NCBI RefSeq assembly: GCF_964204645.1
Contig: NC_134030.1
Location: forward strand, 9,203,222 to 9,267,221
Direction of reading: 5' to 3'
Length of the DNA: 64,000 nt
DNA from: Tubulanus polymorphus
Taxonomy: Eukaryota > Animalia > Nemertea
Shown piece after piece: positions 24,201-39,200 of the stretch. Within the stretch, counting starts at the first letter, position 1. Every line of letters begins with the position of its first letter. The position numbers were made by a program, and so were the translations under genes. The notes beneath the pieces were generated by a model. The model made no database searches, was not told the origin of the DNA, and worked only from the letters and a program-made list of their open reading frames with translations.

Positions 24201-27200
24201 CTTGCAAAATACATCCTGCAGCAGTTTGTTTTCATATTTCATCAAATTTAGGTTATCACCGGGTATAAAAAAAGTTAACCTAGCAAATGCAGCCGTGTAC
24301 AAATAAATAATTATCAATGCGATAGACTACATCAACATTTCAGAGAAATACTGATACATACAGATTATCTTCAATTAATCAATTGGTTTGAAAACGTGAG
24401 AAACAAAAGTATAAAAATATGTTATTTCATTCTTAAAAACACATATTAATGAATACAAATGAATTCAACTCTTAGGCAGGTTAATGGGGAGGGGAAAGAA
24501 TATTGAATTTGAAAAGGCAAAACGAGACAGATCGCACTGTATACGTTACCTTGTTTATTTGAAGTATGAACGTTACTAATGTATAGTAGCTTCATCAAGT
24601 GAATGAGTGACAAAGCTACTATACATAAGTAGCGAAAGTACTTCAAATAAACAAGTTAACTATGCAATACAATCTATCTTGTTTTACTTCTTCTACGCCA
24701 GATGGCTCCTCTACGAATCTATTAAATTTGAGAAATTTCGATTCGAAACACTCATTGGGCATCATTTCATTACGCAGTATAAATTTTTGAATGAACTAGA
24801 AACAGAGGAATAAATTATCATCGCACACATGTATTTGCAAACGTTAGTTTAAAATGTCATCTTTGAAACAGCGGGCAAGGTAGACCTCACAGCGACCATT
24901 CAAAATGTTGCCAATTTTTGGGCCCCCTTCATCTTGCATAAAAGTACAGCAAAAGTCGCTTAATCGTCATTGGTTAAGTCATCAGATTACTTATGTTGCC
25001 TCTATTTTTAGTTTAAACTTGTATTTGCAATTCAATTTGTCAAGCAGAAGTCATCAATTGGATAAGCCATCAACATGATGATGCGACCAAGGGAATTTTG
25101 CTGTTTCTCAAGTATGAAATAGGGCCATGACAATGATTTTGCTATATCCAGTGCTTTGTTAACAGTAACATTAGACTAAACAATTTTGCCTAAACATTTC
25201 AGGTACTTCTAGGTTTCTATTGTGTTTTGACTACATTACCAGTAAACCCTGGTACATATTTGAAAGCCACCGTCGATGGCTCAATAAACGAAAGGCCCCG
25301 TTAGTTTTTCAAAGTCAGACATCATAAACAGTTGATGCGAGATACCAAAGTACAGATTAACAATCTCACCTTTTTAGACGCTCTTTTCTATGAAAAACAA
25401 GTAGTGAACATACCGTAAACAAACACGATAATCATTAAAACGAGTAGAAAAACTTCGTGAAATTGTGTGAAAAATCAAGAACAAACTAAAATCTGACAAA
25501 GCTAGAAAAGATTGTGAATTGTCATAAGCGGATAGCATGGTTTTGATAATAGCAGATTTCGGGAACGTAAAAAAGAATTGATTGAAAACCAGACCTCGAG
25601 CTATCTACTTATAGAGATTGCGTAATCGAAAACACAAAAATGAACATTTAACTTCGTTTTTAACGAAACTCTACCTTAATTTCTGGAATTCTCACCGGGT
25701 CCTGATTGTAAGGAGGCCGCAGAAAAAATATACGTATATATGCGATTATTTATTGAGGGAAAAATGTGCAAATAGATTTATTTCACATGTATTCGATATT
25801 GTTGAAAACAATGTTTGAATAATGAAAGCATTAATTGATTCGCTACCTACCGAAAACAATCTTAACAGCATTCGTATTAGTCAATTTAAGAAAATCGGGT
25901 ACATTATTCTATCGTTAAAATCTATCATTGTTGTTTATCAATACAGATATCAGATCTAATACAACAAGCCGTGTTAAGTTAAAAGCGTTCGGGTTACTTT
26001 AGAAGAGGGTTATTACATTGAAAGCATACGGTTCACTACGGAAATTAAATACAGCAAATACCCAAACACCCAACATAAAATGTAGCTACACTACTCATCA
26101 AATTACTCATCAGAGGGAAAATGTGATGAAATTGTAGAAAATTTCTTCAGCTGATGATAGAAATTCATCCACGAAGGATTAGTCGGCGCTATTGCATCCG
26201 CGTGAAGAATCGAAAAAAGCAACACCAAATGGTTCTTAGTGATCCGAAGATCGAAACTGAAGCAGTTATGTAAATCGCTTCATATCGATGGAATATGGTT
26301 AGGATCGGGTGCCCGATTCCAGGATCGATCACTCCAACTCAAACAATTTCGGTGGACGCGTGAGTGTCTCGACTCTGGAACTGGACGCGCATCAAAATCG
26401 GCGACTGAAGCGAAATGTTAATATAGATGCCATCGCTCACAAAATGTTAATTTTTCAAATAGAATCACGAAAGTCATAGACGGAACAGTTCTACTGCTCG
26501 TGACGAAGAATGTTGGAATAGTTACAGAAATGTTTAGTTTCATACAACATTGATATAGTATTATAGTATTATGATTATTATAGATTTTACGTAATGGTAA
26601 AAACATTCGTTACTCCCTGCGTAAATGGCCTCTGGGCAAGAGTCTACAGTGTACGACGGTGGGTCACCAAAACTAGGATGCGGAACCCAGTTTCATGATG
26701 AGTAATGAAGACTCCGTAAACGACTGTGGCAAGCGAGGAACTAACAAACAGTGGTAGTCTATGCCAATATGCTGGATTTTTTCTCAAATTGATTCTCAAA
26801 ATGAATTTCAATTAAATCAATTGGATTATTGAATAAGTCATAATTCAATTAATTGTACGCCTTACATGAACCCAAAAAAATCAATCTGAATTCTACTGGA
26901 GACAAGATTTGACTCACTTTCCATGTGGGAGGCTATAAATCTAAGCTACCCCGGTAATAGAAAATGTACCGGTACCAAATTTTGATTTGAGTCGTCCTGT
27001 TGTTTTGTGAGTACGCCATCTGACGGGATAGTGGTGGTATTGGGGTCCTCATTCATATCAAATTCAATTGTTTATAGCTCACTGGGAAAAATAATTGAGG
27101 AATTTGAGCGCGGACCAGGGAGCAGACGAACACTACTATTTAAGCCGTCCCTGTGGTGTACTTTGCAGACTTTCTTACCCAATGAAGCCAAATGAACACA

Positions 27201-30200
27201 ATTACCAACGAATCAAGACAAAACAACCCGCCTTACCCTTTTGTCACTCTCCCCCGACTTATTGTACGGGGCGGTGGGTGTCTGGGGTTGCTGTTGAATT
27301 TCCCGAGAAGTGGAAGAAGTTAACAAGGTATCGTTAGGACGTGGAACACCTCCTGAAACGTGACACAAGCAACAATACATAACAATGAGCAGGATCGGGA
27401 TAACCATGACAACAAGGTATCTATCTTGTGTGACTGGCAGATGGAATAACGATACAATATCTCGACTCGAATTCAACCAAGATACAAAAACATCCGCTGA
27501 ACGAATGGAACTAGTGCTCAGCACTCAGAAAGACCATGAAAGAACAAGCCAATTTCTGGTATGAAAATAGAGTATATTGAAATGCTACTGATCATATTGT
27601 GTTTTGTATCCTAGCAAAATCAAGTCAAACCCAAGCCAATGTGTAGAAACATAGAACGATTGCAGCTCGTCGCATTTATTCAATGGAGCAGCGGTAAGAT
27701 CAGCCGCTAAAACAAAGAAAATTTTCGATAGATTTTCTAGAATGGCCAGTCGAATTCCGACGCATTCAGATTTAGAGCCCTCAAGAACAGATCAAAAGAT
27801 TCATGGGTTTCAATAGACGAATTCAAAGGTATTTGCCCATTTCAATAAACGCAGGCATTTTCGTCGACTCGGGATGGCATGGGACGCTGGTAGACGCTTG
27901 GGATCATGGCTGCTGGTCGCAGAGAACCACATTGCTACGTGAGCCTGCCTTTGCATAGTCCTTACATTTTGGCGGCAGCCACCTTTGAATAAGTGCGTGA
28001 CTATGCAATCACTCAAGCTAATCACATTGGCTTTTCAAATACTGTCCTGAATAGTGAACTGGCCACATAGTCATTGTGGTCGGTGAACTTTTATTTCTTG
28101 GTCTTATGGAATTCTCCCCTTGTAGCTATTTGAACTTATTGTCATATGCAACCGGTATGCGTTTCCTGCCTCAGTACAGAAACGGTACTTAGGATCAAAA
28201 ACATTAAGTTCATATATCTACAAGGGCACGCTGACCTTACGATCCTGGATATACATGTACAATACATATTCGTTGGCACAAAGTGCCATGTTCCGTACCC
28301 TCATGACTACCGGTAATCGTTAACGAAATACCCATCGGAAGGTGTTAACTTCGGTCAATGGGAATTTCATAGGTGTATCATACAGTACAGTACAGTACAC
28401 ACACACACAACAAAGTGAATAATAGCCAGAACGATTTAACAACTGGGGTATCAATCAAGAAAGCTCCAAAAAACTCCAATACAACCATGCTCCAAAATTC
28501 CGAAAAAGGGCAGTGACAAGGAAAATGCCAATCACCTATATAATAATGATACATAGTACACGAAACCCCTATCATTAGCAGTGAGTGGAAGCGTGGGGCA
28601 AACAAGGTGCCCTGGATAACTATACTTACTTGGGAAGGTAAGGTACTGGCTTTAGCTTCCCTACCCGTACGAGGATGAATAAACGGTGGCCATTCCGTTT
28701 TCTGTTCTACTGCCACACACAGAAACACAATACAAGATATATTCAGTTATTTTGGTCAAAAAGTTCATACAAATGATATGTGGTAAGTGATAAGAATGAC
28801 TAAATTGTCCAAATTTAAACCCCTACAGACCGCAAAGCCACATAGCCTTGCATCTAAAGGCAAACCACTATATAGTTGTAAGTAGTGAAATAATGAAGTA
28901 AGAGGTTCTTTAACCTTATGTAGGTTCAACATTCTATCAGTTAACAACCGAAGGTACCTCAAAACATGGAACAAATGAGAGGCAATGAAGCAACTTAGCC
29001 ACCAAAGACACGCCTATCTACATAGGTAATGTTACAGGGTGGCCACTTTTATTTGACTTTTCCCCTGACTATTCCCTGACATTTACGTTGTTTTGCCTGA
29101 CTCGATCTGCTAAGAATCCAATCAATTAACACAGTCAAGTATGTAAAACATAAATGGAAACTATTTGATCTAGCAATCTCAACAAATTTCCCTGACTATT
29201 CCCTGACATTTTAAAGAAATTTCCCCGACTTTTCCCTGATTTCCAGGTAAGTGAAGAGGCCACCCCAAATGTACATAATGAACAGGAATCATAGCCTTTC
29301 AGAAATACAGGTCGGGTAATAAATATATTGGTGAAGTCTAGAAAAATATTCAAAACCAAGTTTCACCGTCAGGGTATCAAAATAGGTAAATATTATCAAC
29401 AAAATTATCGTCAGGAATTATTTCTTTTTAAGAAAATTCAGTAGAATCATTTCTATTGCGGATGGAAACTAGAGGGCATGCTGTACGTACCAGTTGGACT
29501 AGGAACAGTTCTGCGACTGCTGTGAGGTGATGAATCGACAGAGCTCAGTGGCTTCGCGAAGTCACTCGTCAAGTCAACCCGATCGGTACGGTTTGGCGAT
29601 TCTACAAAACGCAAAAACACTCCCTATCAGCCATTAGCGATTTACGGTTCACGGAAAGAAAATACTGAATTTACAGAAACAAAAAAATGTTCAGTTCGCG
29701 TAACGAGAAACATTGTTTTTATTGCCGCACGCAACGCGAGTCTAGCTAATCAAGAAACACTAACACGATAACTAATCAGTGATGGCAAAGACTGATCGAA
29801 ATCACCGCCATTTCAATATCTCATGATACCATAACTACTTCTCTCGTCACTGGTTATGCATGCAATAGTGATTTACCTTTTCAGTTTGGATTAATTAATA
29901 CCCAGGATCCAGTTCCAATGTCATGAGTAAGAGTTAACTCTGAGTTAAAATTAGTTCATTTTCAATGAGTTAACTCTTGACTCACAGCTGTGGAACTGGG
30001 TCTAGGAGCGCTGGGTGATAATTTGGAAATTTTGAAAAAATCCACCCCAGTTATGTTAGATAATGGGTATACCATTAAACTGCGGCGTGGTATATCATTA
30101 GTTACTAGTATTTCACTATGTTTGATAGGTGCTGCCATTATCATTATAAAGCTAACTAATTACTAATAATATCAATACACCCTGATGCGATGTACAAAGT

Positions 30201-33200
30201 CAATCGCCCATTTATACACTGCTCTACAGAGTAGACTTACTGAAAGGGTTAAGTTAAATCATCGAAACGCATAAACAAATATCTGTTTCGTGTTTTGAAT
30301 TTGTTTTCGCTAAACTCAGTGATAAGTCGATAAGCGCAAAGTTCATACGTACCTTGAGGTCTTTCAGTGGTCGTCGTTTGAGTCGTGACGACTAAACCTC
30401 CCGGCATTACGGATCGATTCGTTTCGATCCGTCGACGCGGCGACAGATTATCGGCGGCTCCGATCATCAGTTCTCTCTCGTCCGGCTGAATTCCGGTCTG
30501 ATCGGCGCGTTCCATAAACAAAAACTGAAAAATACAATGACACATCAAAAACAAACCATAGGCAACAACGATTCACGAGTTCGTACTCTGAAATTCCCAT
30601 GCGTCGGTTCCCATTACACTCGTTGCTGAAAACAGAGTTTTTAGTGCCTAGTTCTACCACTAGGTGGCAGACTGGACCCATTCTTTGCACCGCACAACTA
30701 GACCCCCATACTAACATTTTACCCAACTTTCATGAAGATTGACCCACTTTTAACGAAGCTAAGTAGACAGACAGACAAACTGACAGACAGTATAAGAAAA
30801 GGGTCACCAGAAAGCCAGAGAACCAATAAATTCACGGAAACAGGACATCTTATAACTATTTTCTTTTTTCAGGTTGGCTCGTGTCTGTAGTATGTATAGA
30901 TTATTATTTCCATCAAGAAGTAGCATAAGTTTCATCAATGTTGAGAAAAATAAAGGACGTTATTCACTGGCTCAATGCAAATATTAGTAGATTACACCCA
31001 ATTCAAGTAAAAACTGGTCTAGAAAACGATAAACAATATAATTTTTTTCAAACCCCTGAGCACCACTTCTTTTTGTTCTTTTTCCCGATTGAGAAGGCAC
31101 AAGGGGTAAAAGTTGAAACTTCAACCAGGAAACTCTGCTGCAAATCATGAACCCTGCATCCATGAAACCAGTGACCGTTGGCATAAATCACTCCACCACA
31201 ATGCCTCTCAGACTTAGGATGTCAGATTTTCTTTCTGACAGGTGAGTCGACTATGTTAGTAAGTTTCATCAGATACCACCATTAGAAATTAAATGAATGT
31301 TAATGGTTGAATAATAGACATTCCCTGGCAAATAGTGGATATAATTAAGGTTGTACCCTTTTATGGCGTCTGAAACCTCCATCCGAAATCTCTGGTTGGC
31401 TCAACAAAAAATCTGAATCACACCACCTCGACAGAACGGAGGTTTTGGACTCTCCATAAGGTCATGTGACCAATAATAGAGTACGATTGGCAGCAAACGG
31501 ACTCTCCGATCTGATAAAAGCTCAAGAGTTACATCTCTTAAAGACAAATTTCGAGTCCAGCAACAAAGACAGGCCAAAAAGTGACAAAACGAGTACAAAG
31601 CTACTAACAGTTCTGCTAGTGGGTGTATGCTTCGGCCTTGCTATCCCTGGAGTTATGCAAAGACGAAGGTAGTTTTTCGTACATTGAATCGCGATATAAA
31701 CTACCCACCACCCACGAGTCATATACTAATTACCTCGACGGTTATATTTCCTCCTTTTCCGGTACCCGGAGAACGTCCAGCCAGCGGGATAATCTGACGA
31801 CTGCTCGGATTCTTGCACAATTCGTCGACGCTTACGACGGCCATACCGAGGAAATCATCTGCATAATAAAAACAAAATAAATATATTTCGAGACTTTTCG
31901 TTTAATAGTCTACCTAACAGAGGCAAGACTTGCTTATTGACTAGAGTATCACGCTTGTTACGCAGGTATCATTCTGAACAAACCTCCTGAATATAGTATG
32001 ATTATATTATGACTGATGCCTGGCATATCACTTTACGCCCATTTTCAAATCCCGTGAGTTACCCTGATTTTTCCATGTGAAAACACAAAATTCCCTGAGT
32101 GAATCACAGAAATTTCTAGGTTAAAACTGTTATAATCCATTCATTTTTCATTGAATTGTATACTGAAACAGGTGGTCCCGAGTTTTCCAGGTTTTTGATA
32201 GAATGCGTCAAATTCACTGAGTTTTCCCTGATTTTTCTTGCTGATTCCCTGAGTTTTCCAGGTTTTCCAGGTCAGTGGCCACCCTACATTTGTAATCAAT
32301 TCTACATTTCATTTTCAATCAAAAATCTCCGAAATAAGTGAGGACCCTACCACGGCTGAAGCCGATAAAGAATGATATGCGCTTTATTTGCTTCATGAAC
32401 TCCATAACAGAATGCAGTTTTGCAGTTATGAGTCTGTTTACTATATTTCCAAATATTTTCACTTTTCATAAAGTCAATAGTAGAATTCTAAATCAAAGGG
32501 ATTTTTAGAACATGTTGAAGACATATACACTTACCGCCGGGAGGTTTCTCTCGATCGAATACCTCAAATATCAACTCTTTAGAATGCGAATTCAAGTCAC
32601 TGAAACGTGAAACGATGATTTAAGAATTGATTGACATTACTCGTCACGATTCACTGTAAACCCGGAATATCAATACTTACAATAGGAAATGCTCATCCCA
32701 GAACGGATTGACAGTGTTCTTTACGACGCTTGTGCTGTGTTTCTGAACCGGGTCATCCATTTCGACCATGCAATACGGTTCACTGCAGCCTGACAATTCA
32801 GAAATCAAAAATTTCAGCCAATAACGTTTTGGGCCGATTGTTTCTAAAACATCAATTACCGTCTAAACACAGAATTCCTCTGTAATCGTGCTAACGACGT
32901 GAAGAAAGTCAAGTCCATAATCACAGAAAATCATCTTACCAAATGATAATTATCTCAAGATTATTTAGATGTGGCATCTTTTGACTTTTCCACAGCATGG
33001 GAATCATCAATTGGTCCACTGATTAACATAAATCCCCCATTAACCCATTATTAAGCTTTAAAATCATTTAAAGGCTGATGATCCCTGATATAGTTTACGG
33101 TGTATATTGCGATTTCAGTTTCGACTATTCGTATGCATTCATTACCGAAGTCTTTCGAGCCAAGGCCACTTGCTTTCAGTATTTTCACCAGCAGCCGTTT

Positions 33201-36200
33201 ATCTTGTCGGTTGAAAACATCAGAGACGCGGAGGGTACGCGACTGACCCGCTGGCAACTGAAAAATCATTGAATATTCAAGAAAATGATGAATACAAATA
33301 AGCAGGTACTGCCTGATTACAGGTATGCTAAAATTTCACACAAATCTCTACGAATTAACAGACGAAATTCTTCTTAACACCAAATGAACTAATGTAGCTT
33401 GAAATTCAATGAATACTGGGAATAATTCTCAAACAGCAAGTAGGAAAACATTTTCTTAAAAGAATAATCTTCCTCAATTCTTCACTCTTCCCTGGCAGGG
33501 ATTCGAACCTGATGGTATCGAGTCGCCACCGTACAAAATCTGCCGCGCTAGACAAGGTGTGCAGCTACATGGGCAGCTAAAATGATGCCAATCAGAAATC
33601 CCATTTGTTTCCATTTATAGTTTATCCGCAAAATTTGCCTCAGTGATTAAACAACGGCGGCAATTTGGGCATGTAACTGCGCACCCGGTCTAGTGCGACA
33701 GTGTCGTGGCTGAGTCTAGAGATACCATCACGTTTGAATCCCTGCCTGGGGAGGATGCTATCCACTAACATATGAGTGAAAACATGAAAACAAGACAATT
33801 AAAAAGCATCTAAAGAGTATTTCATATACCAATAATGTTTTAAAAGCTGAAAAATATCTTTAAAAACATCTTGATAAAGCTATTTGTAGCATCTGAAGAA
33901 TGTGAGACAGTACAACAAGGTATAAATAAAGCCACGCCCAAAATATATCAATTAATACAAAGTTTACAAGAATCTTAATTGACTCTGAATATTTCAATGG
34001 GAATTCAGATAAGCAATTGCCAGATACCTCTGAATCTGAGAACTAAATATTGGAAGTAACAGAAGACAGAAATAGCCCCAGAACGTATATCAGATATCTG
34101 AATGGATAGATGAAGAGCCCCCACCTAGTCCGCAATCTCCTTTCAAGAGGGGAAATCATAATACGTCTGCGAGTGATCTTATTACACAAACATCACGCTG
34201 TTGTCCAGAAACCATAGCAGAAACTGATTAACGAAAACTAGAGAATGGCAAGCAGTATATAACCTTGGTGTAATCATTGAATCACTCCGAAGTACAACCC
34301 TGTCTACTTTTCTATCTCCACAGTCCGCTCGTTTTCTCTCCGCTGCATGTCCATCCACTTACAATCCTTGTCGCCCAACTCCCGAGCTCTGTGTATCTGT
34401 CGCTCCCTGTCACCGTCTCATCCCGGGCTCAAATATGACTTATCTTAGGATTCGAACGTGTGTTTTAGAGTTCATAACCGGGATCAAACGTAGACGATTT
34501 GGCCTGGGCCAAATTGGCGCGGATCAGGCTTAATTAGAGAGCGCGTTCAACCACGCGTTCGATACAAAACAATGCTTAAACAAAGCTCTGTAAGTAATTA
34601 ACGGAACCAGTTGCAATTCACATGCCCAATTTTACCCGTTCCAAAATTCTGACCCAGGACAAACAGCCACGGGCCCATTTGGCACCTGTGTGAACGGTCG
34701 TTCTGGGCCAAATTTTGTCGCTTGGGCCAAAAACGCTCGAGGAACCAGACCCAGGTATTCACTAAAGTTCTACAACGCTAGATAAACAATTGTACAACAA
34801 TTAGGCAAAACTTCGTGAAGAACTGAGTGCTAGATAAACGAAACGCGCAATATTTTATCAACTGTGTTTATAATGCTCTTTATGTGAAGAATTTGAGCAT
34901 ATATTTGCAAACGTTCTCAGTTACAAGAGGCGTAAATATGTAATATGGCAAAGATTACAGGTTTTTCTCAAGAGAAAGTGATAATTCTATATAGACCAGA
35001 GGTGTAGATATTTATAGAATTGTATGCATATATACCTAATACTTATCAGATGGCTTTGTGGAGATTTTCTCTTGGGGAGCATCCTACCGCGGCAAACGAG
35101 CGCATGAAAAATTGTAAAAAACGCTTTGCCACGCGATCGGGCTAACCAAATAACAAAACTCAAAAGTCGAAGTTCAGAAATAAGAATGCTAAAAATCATG
35201 CGATTGCAAAATTCCTGATTTGGTTAGATTCCAATGAGTAAGGAAAATTGAAAGGGTTTTAAAGGAGTTTTAGTCATTTTGCTTAAATCGAAGGCATTTC
35301 AGGCACCTTTAAGAGCATTTTCTGTTTATGAGTTTTTTTAGGAATCAAGGAGTCGCAAGAACCCCGAAATTTATGTCGGTTAAACGCTTAAACGTTGCAA
35401 TAAAACTATCCAGACACCTCGGTAGGTTTTAAGGCCATGCAGCAATTTCATTTCTAGTGCCGCGCAGTAATTTGATTTGATTTGATTTGCGGCAAAGCGC
35501 GTCGTGCGCCGGAAAATGTGAAAAATCACTCGCATAAATTGACGCCCAGACGCGTTGTCTGGTCTTTCCATCAGACTAAGATGTCTTCTCGGCGGCGCGC
35601 GACGAGCAACGTTTCAACACTACATGTCCACGACAACGATGATCGTCGGGTATGAGATAAGCGTTTATCAATCGGTCACCATGGCGATGACGATGATGCA
35701 AAAGGTTACAAAGACGAACGTTTGTCCTCCGTCTGCACGTAGCAAATATCACTCATTGAGAGAAACCCGCGCGATATCAATTTAAACAACTGTCACAATT
35801 TCAACAATCACTACGTATATTGTCCGGATTATAGAATGACGTTATAGTATGAACAACTCACTCGCGGAGCCTTATATGTAGATCATAATCAGGACGGAAA
35901 CTGATCCAGATTAAGTGATCAATATTATGGAGGTTTTGATTGACGGTAGACGACATTGCGGAGTGGTGTGGGCGAGTGGTTAGAGCGTTTGAGTTTTTGG
36001 GAAGTCAGGTCGTGGGTTTGAAACCTGTACATTACAATAGTGTAATGTAGTGTAACCCCCTCCCCCCCCCTGGGCAAGACACTCATCCCCATTTGTCTCT
36101 CTCCACCCAGGAGTGAGCAGGTACCTGGCGTGATAGATGACTCCTACGCGCCTAGCAGCTGCTCGGATGTTACTTCTCCCCAGGGAGAGATGGCTGATAC

Positions 36201-39200
36201 ATGGTTTGAGATATAGGCTAGGGGTAATAATACCAACTAATGAAAGCACTGTTGAATATTGTATCATAGTGAAAAAAATTGTTTTACTATTATATACATA
36301 TTATTATTCATTATTATTATCAATTATTATTATTCTTTATTATTCTTATCTATTATTATTATTATTATTGTAGTCATTATCATTATCATTATTTATTATG
36401 ATTATAATCTTAATCATCGTTATTATTATTATCATTACTATGACTACAATCAGGGGCTATCGTGTGTGCGAATAGAAATCAGGATTTAACCGATCCGGAT
36501 TACGCACGTTTAGCGAATAAGGAGCATCTATTCTCTATTCGCAGTAGTTATCATTACTTCACTATCAATAACGACGACGGCCGCGACTCCAGAGATGGAT
36601 TAGCGTCGCTTTCATCGACGGTTCAACGCCATGAAATCTGAACTCCGGAGACTGGAACGAATCCGATACGTAATTCATACGGGCGCAAAAAAGCCAATAC
36701 GTATCGCTACGTCGACGTCGCTCGCCGAAACCGAAATTAACACCGTTACACGTTCCGTATACAATGTCAAACGAACATAAAAAATTAACGACGTCGGCAG
36801 CTAAGCGTTTAGCGATGCGGATTACACGGTTTTCGTTACAGACGAAATCAATGAGACTCTATCGACTATAGCTATGAACACACGCGACTACTGGGAAGAA
36901 GATAACCCGTACTATGATATGCGAAAGATTGAAAAGAGGCGGTGGTGTGCGTGGGTACTAATTCTATGCCAAAGCCCGGCGTACATCGACGAAATCATTG
37001 GCGACAACTAAAAAGGCAGATTTTCGGCATATGGGAAGAACTGGCTGGGTCAGTTGCTTGAATGAGTCAATGTGCACGAGCTTGCGATCTATCTCCAGTT
37101 CCGACAAGTTGTTCATGTTCTACTTTTGAGCAACTGGTTGTACTCAAGATTCACCGATATTCGCGCTACATAATCCACAACGCATGGTGCAACTGACTTA
37201 AACAAAGCAAAATGAGACGTAACTTTGGGATGTCCTCTAGAATATTTGCTAGACAACACATCCCAGTTATCGTCAGAAACTGGTCTGTGAGGGTTGTTGG
37301 AATAGGGTTTCTTACTATCAACTCAACGGGATCCATGCAATGAGCCGCTAAGTCGTGACTGGACCTGTAGACTACGCCCTGCAATATGAAACCCGCACAT
37401 AAATGTTTTAGGCGCCTCATTGTCATTGCTTTCACGCGAAAATACATAGCAAACACGAAAAAAAAGAACATAAAACAAGTTTTTAGGTATAAATTCGGTA
37501 AGCAAACTAGCACGAGATCCATCTAGAAAAAAAGTAACTAAAATAAAACGTGCAAGTTTTTAGTTAACGACCGGTGAGCAAACAAACACGATGCAGAATA
37601 ATACGCAATCCTCGCCTGCCAGGGCTGGAATGGATCATACGCGACTCGGGCAAGCGAGGAGGGCTTTATATAACATCAACAATTGTGAGTCAGTATAAAT
37701 AACAACCATATATTTATGAATGAACAAATTCATTAGAAAATACATCAAGCTACAGATAACAGAGGAATAGATGGATTATAGATAGATAGGGGACAAGATC
37801 GTGAACCCTGACAAATTTCGGTATCAATCCACAGAACGGATGATGATCGTTACTTCATCCGCCGCTTGAAGAGTCGTGATCAATTTGATATTTTCGATAT
37901 GTTCTAAACAGTTGTACGATAAATGCGTGCCGAATAAAGAGATTCGTCGTATTAACGAACATGATGTGTAGAGCTTACATAATAGTTCTTTCTCCCCGCT
38001 TGCCAGGGACTCTTTCCTTTCTGCGAATGTTATGCCACGAATGAATTTCCTCGATGTATTCTCGATGATACAATGATCTGCAGTCCCTTCGCCCAGTTAG
38101 AACGCGAGTAGTGTCCGTAGCTGAATCGAGCTCCGATACGCGCACCCATGCTCCTAACGACAAGGGACTGCTGATCTCCATACATAAGCCGCGATCACAC
38201 GGAGACGATTTGGCCCGAGCCAAATTGGCACGCATCAGGTTCCCAAGTCAAATTTAGGTCGTGCCTAATTAGAGTGCGTGTTCACACTTAAACCACTCAC
38301 TCGATATCAAACATTCCTTAAGCAAAGCGAAGTGAGCGGAACTAGTTAGCATTCACATTCAGCGATTTAACCCGCGCTTAGATTTAGCACGGGCCTGCTT
38401 CGAATTTTTTTACCCGGGTCTAATAGGCACTGGCACCCGCGTGAATGGGCCTAATCTGGCACGGGCATGAAAAAATGTTTGCGCAATCGCGGCTATAAGG
38501 TTGAGAGAAAGATCTTGATTACCGGGTATTCAAAACTGTGACATACACTCTGCGCAAGGACAGAACGCTGGATTTGCTTGATTTGCTCGTTTCATTATGA
38601 ACCCTCTCCACTTCTGCATGATTAAGTTAGGAAACGTCTAAACGTTACCCATTGTTTTACCATTTAGAAGTCAGGTCCATATATTTTTCGCTGGCAAGCG
38701 AGGATTGTATTCGAACAAAAGACCAAACAAAGATTTCCGTTTAAAAATATCATATATATATATATATATAAAATCTGACACCGAATACTTTCGATAGTAT
38801 AGAGAGACAATACTCACAATTTGTTGGGTCTTTAAATGGCGGGGCGTTTTTTCCGGCACATCACGTTTCGACGGCGTTATTTCGATAAAGCTTTGATTTT
38901 CGAACAGCTCTAGAACGTCGGGTTTCTGCGTCTGCGAAGGATCAGAGATTTGGATTTTGTTGATTTCAGAAGAAGGGGCACGGCGGGATGAGGTAAGCGG
39001 GATAGGTGACGACGACCCGTCGAAACTACCGGCGTCGGGGTCGGGCGTCGAATTCTCAACGTCCGCGCGTCGAGGTGAAAAATCGTCACCGTTCTCCCGA
39101 ACCGGACCACGTCTTGCACTTTCACCTTTTACCTGAACCTGAACGAACTGACCGACGGAGGCGAAATTTTCAACTCGAGCGGGCGCCGTCGAATTTTCTG

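Noticed and set aside
26280-26404. Alternative terminal exon (VADFDARPVPES...PSI*) on the - strand
   Set aside because: Reasonable acceptor, but no homology or other support.
36137-36489. Hydrophobic or Tyr-rich ORFs
   Set aside because: Translation of the SINE and its (TAT)n tail.
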